Below, piece after piece: positions 28,564-42,270 of a stretch of DNA of 64,000 nucleotides. The notes beneath the pieces are model-generated. The model was not told the origin of the DNA and did no database searches. It was given only the letters and a program-made list of their open reading frames with translations. The stretch's first letter is position 1. Every line of letters begins with the position of its first letter. Where the stretch lies: positions 118,420,001 through 118,484,000 of the forward strand of contig OX597818.1 in the NCBI GenBank assembly GCA_951406725.2. Reading direction: 5' to 3'. Source of the DNA: Octopus vulgaris (taxonomy: Eukaryota). A program made the translations under genes and the position numbers.

Positions 28564-28760
28564 CTGTGTCTGTGTCTGTGAGTATGTTTCAGTCAGCTTT
28601 TGACCTCTCCACTGCCTGCGAACCGTCGTCGGTGTGTTTGCGTTCCCGTAAAAGAAAAATAAATTGCACTGCGGTCGATTTGCTGGACTAAAATAAATCC
28701 CTAGGGCGGTACCGCAGGGTGGTCGCATTCTAACGACTGACACCAGAATTAAATAAAGAA
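28050..28760. mobile_element. Fragments of the 49657-50062 SINE family in both orientations
   Basis: gtttcagtc...ggccacgctggagtaccgcc (minus strand) and its inverse at 28600-28745. Confidence 0.65.
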
Positions 28761-31700
28761 AAATTAAAAGATACATAAACACACACTATTAACCAGTTAC
28801 AAAAATACAATATTAGACACACGGACACACACACACACATACAGACACACATACACACACACATACATACATACATACATACATACATACATACATACAT
28901 ACATACATACATACATACATACCTATATAAATACATACATACATATATACATACACGCATGCACGCAAGCAGCAACGCACACACGTACGCACGCACAAGG
29001 AGTTTGACAATCCAAAGCCATGCAATAGAATCATTAAAATTCAAAGCAGCAGCTGATATAATTAATACTTGTGTGTGAGCTGTCATAGGGGAACACCCAC
29101 ATGTTTCCCAACCTGTTTTCTTTTATTTTTCCTTAATACTTTAGAAAGCTCGACTTAGTCAATATTTGTTTATGGAGTAGCTTCTGCCGAAATTCTCTGC
29201 CACTGTTGCAGCTAGCTTCTGCTACTGCTGCTGCTACTACTACTACTATCACAAATACTACTACTACTCGTACTACCTGAACGCCGATTTCATTCATATT
29301 AATATGAATTTACGTTCGTTAGCCACACCTACTACGTCCATTCTTTAACTCACGTTTATCTTCATTCAATTCAAGCGAAGCTCCTAATACCTTATGTGTA
29401 ACTTGTATACGCCTTATTATTGCCACCACTGCTACCAGCTTCAAACATAGTAATGATAAAAACTACCTATACCATAAATGGTGCCATCTCATACTCACCT
29501 ACCGCTTCTCTCTTTCCTCCTATTCTTTCACAAGTCCATGCTACATTTTTCACTGATTCTGTGAGCCAATAGCAGCTCTTCAAGTGTCCTGTAAACAGCT
29601 CACGTGTTAGCACCGCTACGTCTTGCAACAATATGCACACATACATATACATACATACATGCACACAGACAAGCACTCACACACATACACATTTATATAT
29701 ATACAGACACACGCTCGTTCTACGAGGAACACTCTAACCGCGCCCACCAGCACAGACAAAGCCACCCACGCATTCAACAGCATTGTCAACATCATCATCG
29801 CGGCAGTCGTCATTACAGTAATCGTAATCAATACCAACAGCAAGTAACACATTTGTCTTTGTTATCTGTACCGGAGACAACATCACTAAATTCTTCAGAC
29901 AAGTACCACCTTTTGGAAAACTCTGCGTGTAGTACACGTGACTTCACTACGCAGCCAATCATAACCTCGTGTAAATATGATAATTCACAAAATAAATCAC
30001 GTGCACAAACAGCTGCAATTCAATCGGAACCATCAACCATAGTTCTGTTCCCCAATAAATTCAGTAGCTGCCACGAAATTACGATCAAATCTATTGACAG
30101 AAAATTCTGTTCAACTTGTAATTTTTAAAAATTTTATCTCGGTTTCACGCGTGCTCAATAAACTATACTCATTCATACAGCTAAATTTACCTGGAAAATA
30201 CCACCAGAATTTTAAAACATAGTCCTAGATTGATTGATATAGGAATTGAAGTCTAGGCAAAAATTTTAACAATGTCCTTGAAAAATACTATCATTGCCAC
30301 TATATATCAGCCGCAGCACCAGCAATACCCGCACAACAACTAACACACAATTTAGAAGTGTCTGTCTTTAATACGACTAAACATGTCAGTAATACGAACA
30401 CCACTAAACTGATCATATCTAATTTACCAGCAGTGTCTTTATAGTCGTGATACGGACTTTGAAGGCACGAACAAAGCAAACGTGGTCTAACAACTCCAGC
30501 CAGCCATTACCTGATTATAGCACGGCAACATGAATGGACTCTGCTTGTAATAATTACTTTAGATAGTTATGTTGTCAGAAGATGATATAAACAGCCCTGT
30601 AGTTGTTACTAACATTCGCACACAGGTACATCTAGGATGATAGCTGAAGGAAGACAGAGCTGCATCAGTATTTACAATTGCATAGACCGAAGTAACAGGA
30701 AATGAAGTTCATTTCTCAAGGACATGAAGCAAGCCCACCTGTTTCCGCCATTCAACTCACGTCATTATATTCATTAGGTGAAAACCCTAGCTTTCATAAA
30801 GTTTAATAGCAAAAACTTGAGTGATACTAGTACTGTCTTTACAAAGACCGTCGATTTTAGCGCGTATTCTACTAGCAGTATATCTGAGCCTATTGCAATA
30901 CCATACCATATCACGCAATGCATCGGACTAATATCATTAAAGCATTGTCTCTATCAAGACTGGCTCTAGCGTATTGAGCTGGGAATTTTTTTTTCACGAT
31001 GTACAAAATGCTTAACGGGAGTTTCTCCAACTTATTACTTTCTGATATCAAATACCACCGGGTCACCTTTGTCTTTTATAATCTCGGAGTCGATAAAATA
31101 AGGTGGATTCTAGTACTTTGGTCGATTCAATAGACTAATCACTCACCTGAAATTACTGGTCTTATGCTAAAATTTGAAACCGGTATTATGACAGGCACAA
31201 TCAATACAGCCACAAGTGTGGAAGCAACCACAATCAAGCGGTTACGAAGGTCGCTAATCTCTACAGATTATTCAGTTTCACATAGCAAAAATTTCGAGAA
31301 ATCTTTCAACTATTGCTTTCTGTCAATCAAAAGTCTAAGAGCGAAATTTGATGGATGAAAACTATTTTGAGAGAACCCCTTTTGTGCATGTGACTAACTG
31401 AGCCTACAAGTTCCATGATGCTCTCATCAAGTAACCCTTTGGTTTTTCTACTGTAGTTCGCTGTGCTATATACCTCCAGACCAGTCTTTCTGGTTGAGTA
31501 TAACTAGGAAAAGGACTGGTTTTCTCAAAACCGGTCATAGGGACACTCCTTCCCGTTCTGTGATAGAGTTTTAATAAAATGATGTACCTCAATTCGTTAT
31601 AATCATCTTCAAATTAATTTGGGCTATTAACAAATATTACAAACATTTACAGCCACAAACTTACTCAAGCCAAAGCAATTGACACTATTACTCGAAATGA

Positions 31701-31762
31701 TATCTCTTTTTGCTACGATCACTACAAATATAACTAAGCCTCATATCAGCATTTATTTAGCG

Positions 31763-32137
31763 CTAACAGTATCGCCCGGCGTTGCTCGGGTTTGTTTGGA
31801 CCCTTTAGAATTGGAATTTTTGAAAAGTAAAATTCTGCATTATGTAGCTTGTTATTCTCTTTAAGTGAACATTTTTCTGGTTGAAATACACCGAAACATG
31901 GCGACAGAGCAGTCAAAAAGTCGTAAAAAATAGTGATTTTCATAGAAAAAAAAGCACCTTTTTGATGTAAATAATTTTTGGTGTTAACATGGTCAGATTT
32001 GAATTTATCTTCTATGGAATGAAGAGCAATCCTTCTTCTATCATACTCTTAATTTTGGTCAACTTGCGCCGTAGGGTCTCGGAGGAGATAGTGATAATTG
32101 AAGGCTGCCAAACCTGAAACACACAGAACTTCAGCTT

Positions 32138-32199
<62 letters not shown>
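31763..32199 (-). mobile_element. Non-autonomous Helitron
   Basis: Minus strand starts A|TC in a TA tract and ends with the hairpin cccgagcaacgccggg then cgatactgTTAG; same 3' end as 39368. Confidence 0.75.
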
Positions 32200-32869
32200 T
32201 TATACCAAATTCGGCCAAAACATTTATTATGCGAATCAACTATGAGTAATTTCTACACTCTGGTCGCTTTCGGTCTATGAATATTTCTATAGAGAGTAAT
32301 ACGATGGTTATATAGACATAACAATATTCTACTAAAAATAGTTCTTTTAATTTTAGTTCTTGTCTTGTTAATTTCAATAATTCATTTCTTTTATTCTTGC
32401 TTTCTGTTTCAATTTTTATTTCGCTTAAATTTATTCGATTTATGGTCTGTTTGCTCAAATGTACGGTGTATTCTGTACAACATATAATGTATGTCACATT
32501 ATCCTATTGGAGATTTGATTTATGAGAACAAATTTCCACAACGCCCACTGGCAGCAGTAATGTCCCATACCTGATATAATTATTGTTATATATTGACCAT
32601 TATTTAATACTAGAAGCCGTCCCCATAGTGTTCCTGATAATGCTACATTTTTCTCCAGAACCACCACCGCCACTATGACTACGGCTTGCTACAAATATCA
32701 TTGTTACTAACACGGATGTAACACTTACGCTGTCGAGAGCATTATTTTTGTTTTATATCAGAAAAATTATTACTTTTAAGACATATTTCTGACAGCAGAC
32801 TAAAGCAATACAAATAAAACAAAAGACTACTGCAGTTACAATTATACAACCACCACTACCACCGCCAAA

Positions 32870-33104
32870 ACCACTACTGCTACTACTACTTATACTACTA
32901 CTAATGCTGCTGCTACTAATGCTACTACTACTGCTACTGCTTCTACTACTACTACTACTACTACTGCTACTACTACTACTAATGCTGCTTCTACTACTAC
33001 TACTAATGCTGCTTCTACTACTACTACTACTACTGCTTCTACTACTACTACAACTACTACTAATGCTGCTTCTACTACTACTACAACTACTACTACTTCT
33101 TCTT

Positions 33105-33137
<33 letters not shown>
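32870..33137. repeat. Imperfect (CTA/CTG)n trinucleotide tract
   Basis: Read directly; source of the poly-S/poly-L ORFs. Confidence 0.9.
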
Positions 33138-33644
33138 AGTGATATTTGCCAAATTGTAAGTGCCAACTTAAAATTCTATCACCAAAATCACCACATTCAT
33201 CAACATATTTAGTTAAATTCTATTAGCTGCAATACTTGCTAACTGCCAGCCACCTTATACACGTTGCCTGCTGCCTTTGCTAAAGATGCGGTTGTTAAAT
33301 GTGCTATCAAGACCATTAACCCACCCCACTGCTACTAATAACCGCTGTATTCCTTCTCTTGTTCTCTCACATACGTCAGTTCTCCCAATTATGAAGTCAA
33401 CCCAACAGGTATCAGAGCAATTATCACCAACGAACGAGTTTCATTCACCCTGATTAATCGAGAGTCTACTAAATTCTCTCAGTCGCACCTTAAAGTGCGA
33501 GAAGTAAAACCAATTAATTGAGTAAGAGTTCCTGAGTTCTCTACACGAAGAAGAAAGGATATATATATAGTGGTTGTTTGAGTACTTTATTCATAGGACT
33601 AAAGGATTAAGCATCAACTACTGTTAAACTACAAGGAAAAGAAT

Positions 33645-33742
33645 ACCAATATTGCGAATTCAATTCCAGGTCTTTGTTTAATAATAATAATAATAATAAT
33701 ATTGATAATAATAATAATAATGATAATAATAATAATAATAAC

Positions 33743-33815
<73 letters not shown>

Positions 33816-33935
33816 GCAAGAAAAATAACTTAGGAACTTGGGTTCAGATTTCTACCAGGATATCTAACAAGATGAGGACACATATATTTTCAATCTAAAT
33901 AATGCAAATAAGATACAGAATTCTACATCTCTAAA
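33645..33935 (+). mobile_element. tRNA-(AAT)n-hammerhead element, degenerate copy lacking the HHR
   Basis: ccaatattgcgaattcaattccagg (B-box remnant), (AAT)n, ttaggaac..ggttc, aacaagatgaggaca..aataatgcaaataa; collinear with 42271-42764. Confidence 0.6.
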
Positions 33936-34135
33936 TATATATATATATATATATATAAGGGCTTAGTAAAATAAATTACTTTGCCACATACTGAACTCAT
34001 TAGAAATAGCAGCTAAAGAAATTTCCTCAGCTATTTCTAATACTTAAAGAAGATCTCTCTCAGATAGTGCTTGCCTAAACCAACTCACAAAGGTATGGGG
34101 GAAAAAACATTAAAAAATCAAGTGCAAAGGTTATT

Positions 34136-34187
34136 TGAGAACGTACGTTTCTAGATTAGTCAATTCGACATTTCTTTCGTCAGCTCA
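34136..34187 (-). ncRNA. Type I hammerhead ribozyme with canonical core
   Basis: TGAG-CTGACGA-[imperfect stem II]-GAAA-CGTACG-TT/CTCA, with palindromic ACGTACGT. Lies in a 370-bp segment bounded by (TA)n on both sides. Confidence 0.65.
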
Positions 34188-34323
34188 GAATTCCTTGAAT
34201 CGGATTTGGGAACACTGATTTGGGAATAATGTAATATTTTGAATTCGCCTAAAATGGTCCCTTTACATACTGAATACTTGGTGAAATTGATTAATAATTA
34301 ATTAATTTTACCCTCAATTGTTG

Positions 34324-34399
<76 letters not shown>

Positions 34400-34440
34400 T
34401 AAATATGTTTCGACCAAAGATTGGTCCAGGTCATGTCTAA

Positions 34441-34483
<43 letters not shown>

Positions 34484-34589
34484 AAATTAACGCATGATAG
34501 CCAGTCAGGTAACCCACTTGAAAACTTGAACGTCGTTTGCGATAAAGTATAGTAGGGAGAAAACAAAAAGAGTTTAAAATCTGTTTCTA

Positions 34590-34775
34590 TACGCCGGGCG
34601 AAATGCTTAACAGTATTTCGTACGTCTTCATGTTTTGAGTTCAAATTCCGCCGAGATCGACTTTATCTTTGATGTTTTCGGGGCCGACAAAATACGTAGC
34701 AGTTGAACACTGAAGTCGCTATCATCGACTTCCCTCCTCCCCCGAAATTACTGCTTCGAGTCAAAATTTGATACA
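34590..34775 (+). mobile_element. Nin-type SINE fragment
   Basis: acgccgggcgaaatgctta...gagttcaaattccgccgagatcgacttt. Confidence 0.75.
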
Positions 34776-35627
34776 ATTAATTATATTTTTTACGCAGTTA
34801 TGGTTAATTTGTGTCTAAATAGCAACATCTATTAAAACACCGTGCATTTTCAGAGCTGAGAGCTAATATATGAATTATCACACTCTGTTAAACATATCAG
34901 CCAGGGGAGAAAAAATTAAGAATTAATTACAAAATTATTTTAATAGCAATTATACAAATAGAAATGACAGCAAATACCTCGATGAAAACCGGGACAGGAT
35001 TCAAGCAATAATATTCACTACGTTTGTTCACAAAATAAAAAAAAACATACAACAAAAATATCTTTATATGGAACATACTGAAACAGTACCGGAATAGGTG
35101 GTCGTAATATTAGTCGCAATCAATACAAAAAATAATTAAATTTTAATTTTTTGTAGTTAAGGAACTAAAAAAATTATTGTTTGCATCATCGCTAGCTTTA
35201 CACCATTATGTGGCACAAAAATCCCCAACGAATAGTCCACCATCTCGGTACGCATCAGCAATTGTTTGTTACAGCAGTGAACTCCAAAATAAGCAGTGTT
35301 TGTCATTATATGTACAAAACCCACAAATATCCAGAAATGCACAATAAATTAAAAAGAAAATTCTAAAATCTGATTGAAAGTGATATCCATCTTCCTAAGT
35401 TTATGCAATCACTCAAATAACAGTAATATTAATAAATTTATTAATCTAAAGAACAATTCTATTTATGAATATTGAGAGGAAACAAACTGGCTCTATAATG
35501 TCACATTCTCGACAACATCAGTTCTTGCAGCAAAAACTTTTTTCTTCATTGAGTACAAATACAGAAAACTTACCCATTCGTGTGGGTTTTGAAAAGTCAA
35601 ACATCAGCATATTTATTTACAAGAAAC

Positions 35628-36035
35628 GGATCTTTTCGGTTTGAACGGCAGTTTTCAACATAATTTCTAGGTAACTAAAAAATTATAAACTTCGATTACT
35701 GGTAGAATGTCTATATAAAACATCTTTTCCTCTAGGCCTTATTGAGAAAATTCTATAGTTTGTAAGATATTTGTTGTTTTTTCTTCAATTTCTGCAATTT
35801 CAACCAATCAATGACCTCCATTGAGGTAAACAACATTCTGTGCCCTATGAATATGTCCGTCGTTTAAGAAACAGATTGGGTTGAATTAAATTTGTGAAGA
35901 AAAAAGATACCCTTCCCCCCACCCCTAACCCTAACATAGATTGAAATGCAATAGATCGATACCAGGGTCATAATTATGGGTGACAATTTCATATGACACC
36001 GCTAGAAAAAACTGCCGTTCAAACCGAAAAGATCC
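35628..36035. mobile_element. MITE / non-autonomous DNA transposon with 28-bp TIRs and 8-bp TSD (Merlin-like)
   Basis: Perfect TIR ggatcttttcggtttgaacggcagtttt / aaaactgccgttcaaaccgaaaagatcc. TSD caagaaac at 35620-35627 and 36036-36043. Confidence 0.9.
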
Positions 36036-36410
36036 CAAGAAACTACTTCATTTTATTCTGATGGACGCTTTTACAGAATGTCGGCTTCATCTTTCCTTAC
36101 CAACATGAATTTCTAAGGTATAATTAACAGCGGATAGGGACGCCTTCTAATTTTTCTGTCGAGGGTTATTTCTTTAGTCATTCAACGGTGATCGCCACAA
36201 GCTTTAAGCTTATATAAAATATACCATTATTATTATTTACAGGATTGTAAAAATACGGCAACGTATAACAAAACTATTCGCACCGAAAGCATAACATGTT
36301 TATAGCCAAAATGAAATATTCAATAATTATAGCTTTAACTAAAGAAGGTATAAAATACTGTTCGCTCTCATATTGGAAGTACTTGGGAACATGTTGGTTT
36401 TCTTTGTATA

Positions 36411-37035
36411 CAGGGGTGGTACAAAAGTAGGTTTACAGTTTTATAGTTGTATATTTAATTTTTTATTAAAAATAAACATTGTAGAATGTTAGTCCCGTAA
36501 ATGCTCAAAATATCTCTCCTGCGCATTCTTTTCTTCTCTAGGCACAAGGCCTGAAATTTGGGGAACGGGGCTCCGATACGCAACTGGTACTTATCTGGTA
36601 GATCAACCCCAATACACAATTGGTACTTAATTTATCGACCCCAAAACTATGAAACGCAAAGTTGACCTCGCTGGAATTTGAACTCAGAACGTAAAAAGAG
36701 ACAAAATACCGCTAAGTATTTTACCCAGCGTGCTAATGTTTCTACCAGCTCGCCGCCTTATGTCTGTCCTGGGCATTCACACATACTTGGCGTCTATCAG
36801 CCACATTCCAACACAGGTTCAGAGCAGTGTTGATTTCCAGGCAGGCCTCTTTAATTAACCTACATAGTTGAGGCAGAGTGCGTGGTTTTCTCCGGAGTAT
36901 CTTCTCTTTTACAACAGCCCAAACAAAAAATCCAAGGGCGTCTAATCCACTTCCCTGGGAAGGTTTCACAGAGGAAATTGCGCATATGAATTGCATAATA
37001 ATGTGGTGCCCCATCCTGTTGGAATAACACATATG
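36411..37035 (-). mobile_element. Tc1/mariner rosa (DD41D)-like transposase relic, split by a Nin SINE at about 36527-36760
   Basis: FQQDGAPHYY..FPGKWIR, GFFVWAVVKEKI..KPRTLPQL..CVNAQ, YFEHL; terminal TA|caggggtggtacaaaagtagg. Confidence 0.8.
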
Positions 37036-37047
37036 TAAAGAAATAAG

Positions 37048-37250
37048 AAACGTTAGCACACCGGTCGAAATGCTTAGCAATATTTCGTCTGTCTTTACGT
37101 CTTGAGTTCAAATTCCGCCGAAGTCGACTTTGCCTTTCACCCTTCCGGTGACCCTAAATTAAGTACCAGTTTCGCATTGGCGTCAATCTAATGGATTGTT
37201 ACTCTCCCCGCCAAAAAAATTTCGAGCCTTGTTCCTAGAGTAGAAAAGTA
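37048..37250 (+). mobile_element. Nin-type SINE
   Basis: gaaacgttagcacaccgg...gtcgactttgcctttca. Confidence 0.8.
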
Positions 37251-38579
37251 TATTCTAAGGTTTGTATGATTATAATGTCTGGTTTGCAATTTTCGTATTT
37301 GAGAGCAAATTATGCTCGGCTTTCATAGAATCGAAAAATATTGCTCCGTGAAGGTATACGAAACATTCTATTAGAAGACACGTATCTCCTGAAATTTACC
37401 CAACGTTCGCATCAATTTATCCTGCTAATTTACCCGGCAATTTGTTATCTGTGAACAGGCCTGATCTTTAGTCAATAATAGCAATTCAGTAATAGATACT
37501 TGATATTTGTAAGATTGATGTAATTGAGTAAATTAAATTTAGTTAACATATTAACACGTAAGAATAATTTAATGGCTAACTACTATTAGTTGTTTGGCAG
37601 GTCTATAGACTGGAAGAAAGGCCTGACGTTTCTGCCGGGTAAATCATTATACAGGTTATTGACACTTATGTAATGGGAATTATTGTCAAGCATGTAATTA
37701 AATGATGAACGGAAGATAAAGGAAAACAAATGGGAGTTCAAAAGTAATTGAATTGGGAGAAGGAAATCTAACGGAGCATTCGAATATACAACTATCTCGT
37801 TATGCGTTCCATATGGGACAATATATAGTACATGATTAAACGCTAGATAATTTGCTTAGCGGAATTTCTTATGTTTTGAGATGAAATGCATTCTGCTTTG
37901 ACATTCAAAATTCCAGAGTTGATAAAATACACACACACACACAAATATATATATATATAGTTATGCACAGATGGTGTAATTTATGGGAAGGTGTAATTTT
38001 CGTGATAGAATTAGGTATACAAAAATTTTAAAGGTTCGTAGATGTAAGAGATTAAGGATATATAAAAGGCTTGGCAGTGGAGCTGACCAGAATATTATAT
38101 TAAAACGCGCTGTAGCATATACCTTATGAGATATTTTATGGCATATAAAAATAATTTAGAAATAATTGAGCTGAATGAAAGAAATTTGGGTAATTTAAGA
38201 ATTAAGATAGCTATACTCATACACAGATTAGAGCCCTAAATTAACCACAGGCTGGAGGTTGGTAATCAATATATTATTTAGCTACGTCTGGATGCGTGTA
38301 GGTTCCTTTTTGATCACATGCTTATATATTGTTCATAACAAAAAAAGGGGGAAAGTGAAGGAGAAAGAAAAAAATGGAAGCTGCACGTATAACATTTCAC
38401 TTAGAAGCAACGATAAGGCTGTGCCAGCACACATGAGATTGAGGCATAGCCGAACTCACGCACTTCTCATGAGGAATTTCGGAAGGAGCTTCATGAGACC
38501 ACTGCTGAGACGCTTCCTTAAAAACAAAGAAAAGCTGTTGGAAAACCGATTATAGCAGCGACTCCATCAATTCCTAGGA

Positions 38580-38616
38580 ATATCTGAAGAAGGAATTTTA
38601 TTCCGAAATATCATAT
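38580..38616 (+). ncRNA. Minimal type I hammerhead ribozyme
   Basis: ATAT-CTGAAGA-A-GGAAT ttt ATTCC-GAAA-TA-TC/ATAT, with palindromic ATAT stem III and AUC cleavage triplet. Confidence 0.7.
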
Positions 38617-39367
38617 CAAACTATGGATGATTAAATTACAACAGTTTTTATAGTCCATTGTTGTTATTCTAGTGCACTGTTGTGTCATTCAAAATATTTT
38701 ATTCGTTACAAAGAATACACAATGCTTCAAACGAACTACAATACTCTCCTATTTAGAAATAATATTTGTTTCTACTCCAACATGGCTATTCCGTACGGAA
38801 CAAAGTTAATATTATTTTTTAACACCAGCAGAAGAAATCTTCTCCAGCTGGCTAACGACAAGATTTAGAAAAAAATGTATCATGTAAAAGCCTTATGTAT
38901 GTGTCTCTATAGCAAATCTTTTACCATAATGCTGCAATCTGTGCAATCACAGTCGTATTTCTAATAAAATGATACAGGATAGACATCCTCTGACATAGAA
39001 AAGAAAAATCTGGGAATGGGTTAAGAAATGCATCATCAAAAAAATATGTTGTCCTTACCTTCGAACGCAGACTAGATGAAACAGAGGCAATTGAAGAAGG
39101 GGAATAGTCTTTATGTTGTATGTCTCGTTTCTCTGGTTTCTTTTTTCGCTCTTTGAAAAAAAGTTCGTTTCCATGTTTTTGTTTTTATGTTTTCGTTTCT
39201 CAGTGTGTTCTACATTATTTTTTGATGCCCTGTACTCATATATGCATGGATATATACATACGTATGTAGGTATGTAAATATATGTATGTATATATTGTTT
39301 ATATTATTAAAAAATATAGCATTTACATTTAGTATTCAGTTGTGTCTTACTTCATTTTTATAATACA

Positions 39368-39760
39368 CTAGCAGTATCGCCCGGCGTTGCTCGGGTTTGT
39401 AAGGGAAATAACTATATAAGCATTTTTAGAGATGTAAAGTATAATAGCCATCTCAATATGGCTAACCACAAAGGGGGGTGTTACTGTAGCTTTTTACGTT
39501 CTGAGATTTAATAATAAATTTTTAGAGTTACTTCCCTTATATATGCCAAAAATGCATTAAAAATGGGAAAAATTGATGGTAATTTTTTTTTGGAATCGTA
39601 GACTCATCGTAGACGCGCGCTAATACCCAGAAGGGCTCGATATGAATCACGACTATAAGATACACGGTTTTGGTTAAAGTGCACCGCAAAATGTGGAAGT
39701 AGTTAGGAATCTAAATCGTAGGAGACAGACAGCACACAACCTTACTTTTATATATAAAGA
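39368..39760 (-). mobile_element. Non-autonomous Helitron, intact termini
   Basis: Minus strand A|TCtttatata...cccgagcaacgccggg hairpin...CTAG|T: canonical termini and AT target. Confidence 0.9.
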
Positions 39761-40330
39761 TATATAGGTGCAGGTATGATTATGTGGTTGTCCAACTCGC
39801 TTTGCAGTCACCTAGATTAGAAGTCGTTCGTACTGCGCGGTTCTAATGGCAGGAGTTTTCTGCTGTAGCTCCAGGTCATCCAGTGCCATGTGAATGAATT
39901 TTGTAGACGGAAACTACTGGGAAAACTGTCGAGAGTATTAATACTTGTGTGTGTGTATGTGTGTGTGTGCGTGCGCACGCGCGTGTGTGTGAATGTGTGG
40001 ATGTGTGTGTATATGTATGTGTGTGTGACAGAGAGAGATAGAGAGAGAGTGAGTGAGTATGTGCGTGTCTGCATACGTATGTGTGATTGTGCGCGCACGT
40101 GTGTTTTTAAACGTACTGTCATCATTCTCGAGTATATTTTATCAGCATAAATACAGGTTTTTGCACGATCGAACCATTATCTGACACCAGTTTCAGTCGT
40201 TAGACCGCGGTCATGCTGGAGCACCACCGCGAACAATTTATAGTCGCATGAATCGACCCCCTGTTTTTTTTTGGTGGGAATTGTTCAACACACCAAGGCA
40301 CATTACGCTCAACATTTATAGAAGTAAGAA

Positions 40331-40700
40331 GGCGGCTAGCTGGCAGAAACGTTAGCGCGCCGGACGAAATGCTTAGCGGTATTTCGTCTGCCGCTACGTT
40401 CTGAGTTCAAATTCTGCCGAGGTTGACTTTGCCTTTCATCCTTTCGGGGTCGATAAATTAAGTACCAGTTACGCACTGGGGTCGATATAATCGACTTAAT
40501 CCATTTGTCTGTCCTTGTTTGACCTCTCTGTGTTTAGCCCCTTGTGGGAAGTAAAGAAATAGGTATGTCGCCTGCCGCTACGTTCTGAGTTCGAATTTCG
40601 CTGAATTAGATTTTATCTTTCATCCTTTCGGTGCCGAAAAATTAAGTACCAGCTGCGTACTCCACTCAAATTTCGTGCCTTGTGCCTACAGCAGAAAATA
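40331..40700 (+). mobile_element. Nin/Deu-domain tRNA SINE with internal duplication
   Basis: ggcggctagctggcagaaacgttagc...gactttgcctttcatcctttcggggtcgataaattaagtaccag, with the body repeated. Confidence 0.9.
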
Positions 40701-41477
40701 ATATTATAGAAGTAATACATCCTTATACTCTTACAACTACGTTTAACGTTATGATATGTGACATCACGCCATTATATCATACAAAGGAAAACATTGTAGT
40801 TTTATTCAGGTTGTCATAAAATCAACAGCATATTACACATATTTCTTTTTATTTATTTAAATATATTTTAGCTGGCAAATATATGATTCAAAACCGTTTT
40901 ACTGGATTATGGTATTGCTATATTTAGAAGCTAAAACATATTTCGAGTAAAAGGCAAAATAAAACAGCATTCAAGTATAATATAAGCGTTTTATTACTAT
41001 TTTTTATACTTTTACGCAAATGCATGCAGATTGCATATCCAAGCGAAAATAAATTTACATAGCTTTGGAAATTACAGAGATCAATATAAATAAAACTGGA
41101 TGTCAACTATAATAAACATAAATGGAGAGTAATATTAATTCATACTAACATATGCATTGAATTCAAGAAAAACAGTGCAAACAAATTGATCGATCTCTGT
41201 TCGAAAGTGTAATGAAAAAAGAAAGCAGATGTTGACGGAATTTGTATTCAAAATATTGGCGTACAAAAATGTCGCATACAAATATTATACAGCATACTAC
41301 TGTTTCAGTGGTGGCTGGAGCGGCGTCGGCGGTGGTGGCGGTGGCGGCAGTGGTGGTTTCGGCAGCCGTGGTGGTTTCGGAGGCCGTGGTGGTTTCGGCG
41401 TTCGTGAGGTCGATGGATGCATTGATGGTGATGTCGGTGATGATGATCAAAATAATCATGATCATGATTATATTTAT

Positions 41478-41629
41478 ATTATTTACATTATTTACATCAT
41501 TTTCATTTGACGGATATTTGTCTTCATCTTGGTTTTTACACAATGTTTCGGCTGATATACCCTCCTGCCTTTGTCATTTGTCTTGGGGAAGTTTCGAACC
41601 TGGGTTCTCATTCCTAAGATATCTTTCGA

Positions 41630-41662
<33 letters not shown>

Positions 41663-41668
41663 CATTAC

Positions 41669-41742
<74 letters not shown>

Positions 41743-41858
41743 TCACTTCCGGGAATCGAACTCCGACTCTTGGGGTTAGTAGCCCGCGCTCTTAACCACT
41801 ACGCCATATGCCCATATGCCCGTAGTACATAATTCCGTATTTCTGAAATATAGAACTG
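41478..41858 (-). mobile_element. tRNA-(AAT)n-hammerhead element, copy with full head and inverted 3'-end fragment
   Basis: Head tggcgtagtggttaagagcgcgggctactaacccc...gttcgattcccgg (41739-41812), (AAT)n, degenerate HHR (about 41537-41582). 41825-41858 is the family's 3' terminus in the opposite orientation. Confidence 0.8.
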
Positions 41859-42270
41859 CATCATGATAGTGTTGTATTAAAATTAATCTGTATACGTATA
41901 GATCACAGCAAGTACATCTTGCAGAATTAGTTCCATACTAATAGAACTGCATAAATTTCATGTTACGTATCTCTAGGGATGTGACAAAGTTACGGCCCAG
42001 AAACAGCTGTGTAAAATCTCCAAGTATTTCGGAGCATTCGTGCAGCAGATTTTGACACTCAGTTTTGCTAAACTTCATAACCTGTACAAAACTAGATATT
42101 TTAATGCTCATGCTGATGGAAAATTTATCACTTTTTGATTTCATTTGGTGAATTCTATTCATAAGCATTTAAATTAAGAGTATTTCTTAAGCCATTAGCC
42201 TCACATTTCAACAGCTTAAGTGTTGTACTAATCTCATGATAATTTTCAAAAATAGTACAACATTTTTTAC

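Noticed and set aside
41163-41543. Thr/Ala-rich mucin-like ORF (TTTASETTTAAETTT)
   Set aside because: A short GC-rich low-complexity tract whose ORF starts inside a repeat; no splice or domain support.
41739-41812. Functional tRNA gene
   Set aside because: Imperfect stems, no oligo-T terminator and embedded in a multi-copy element; it is a SINE head.
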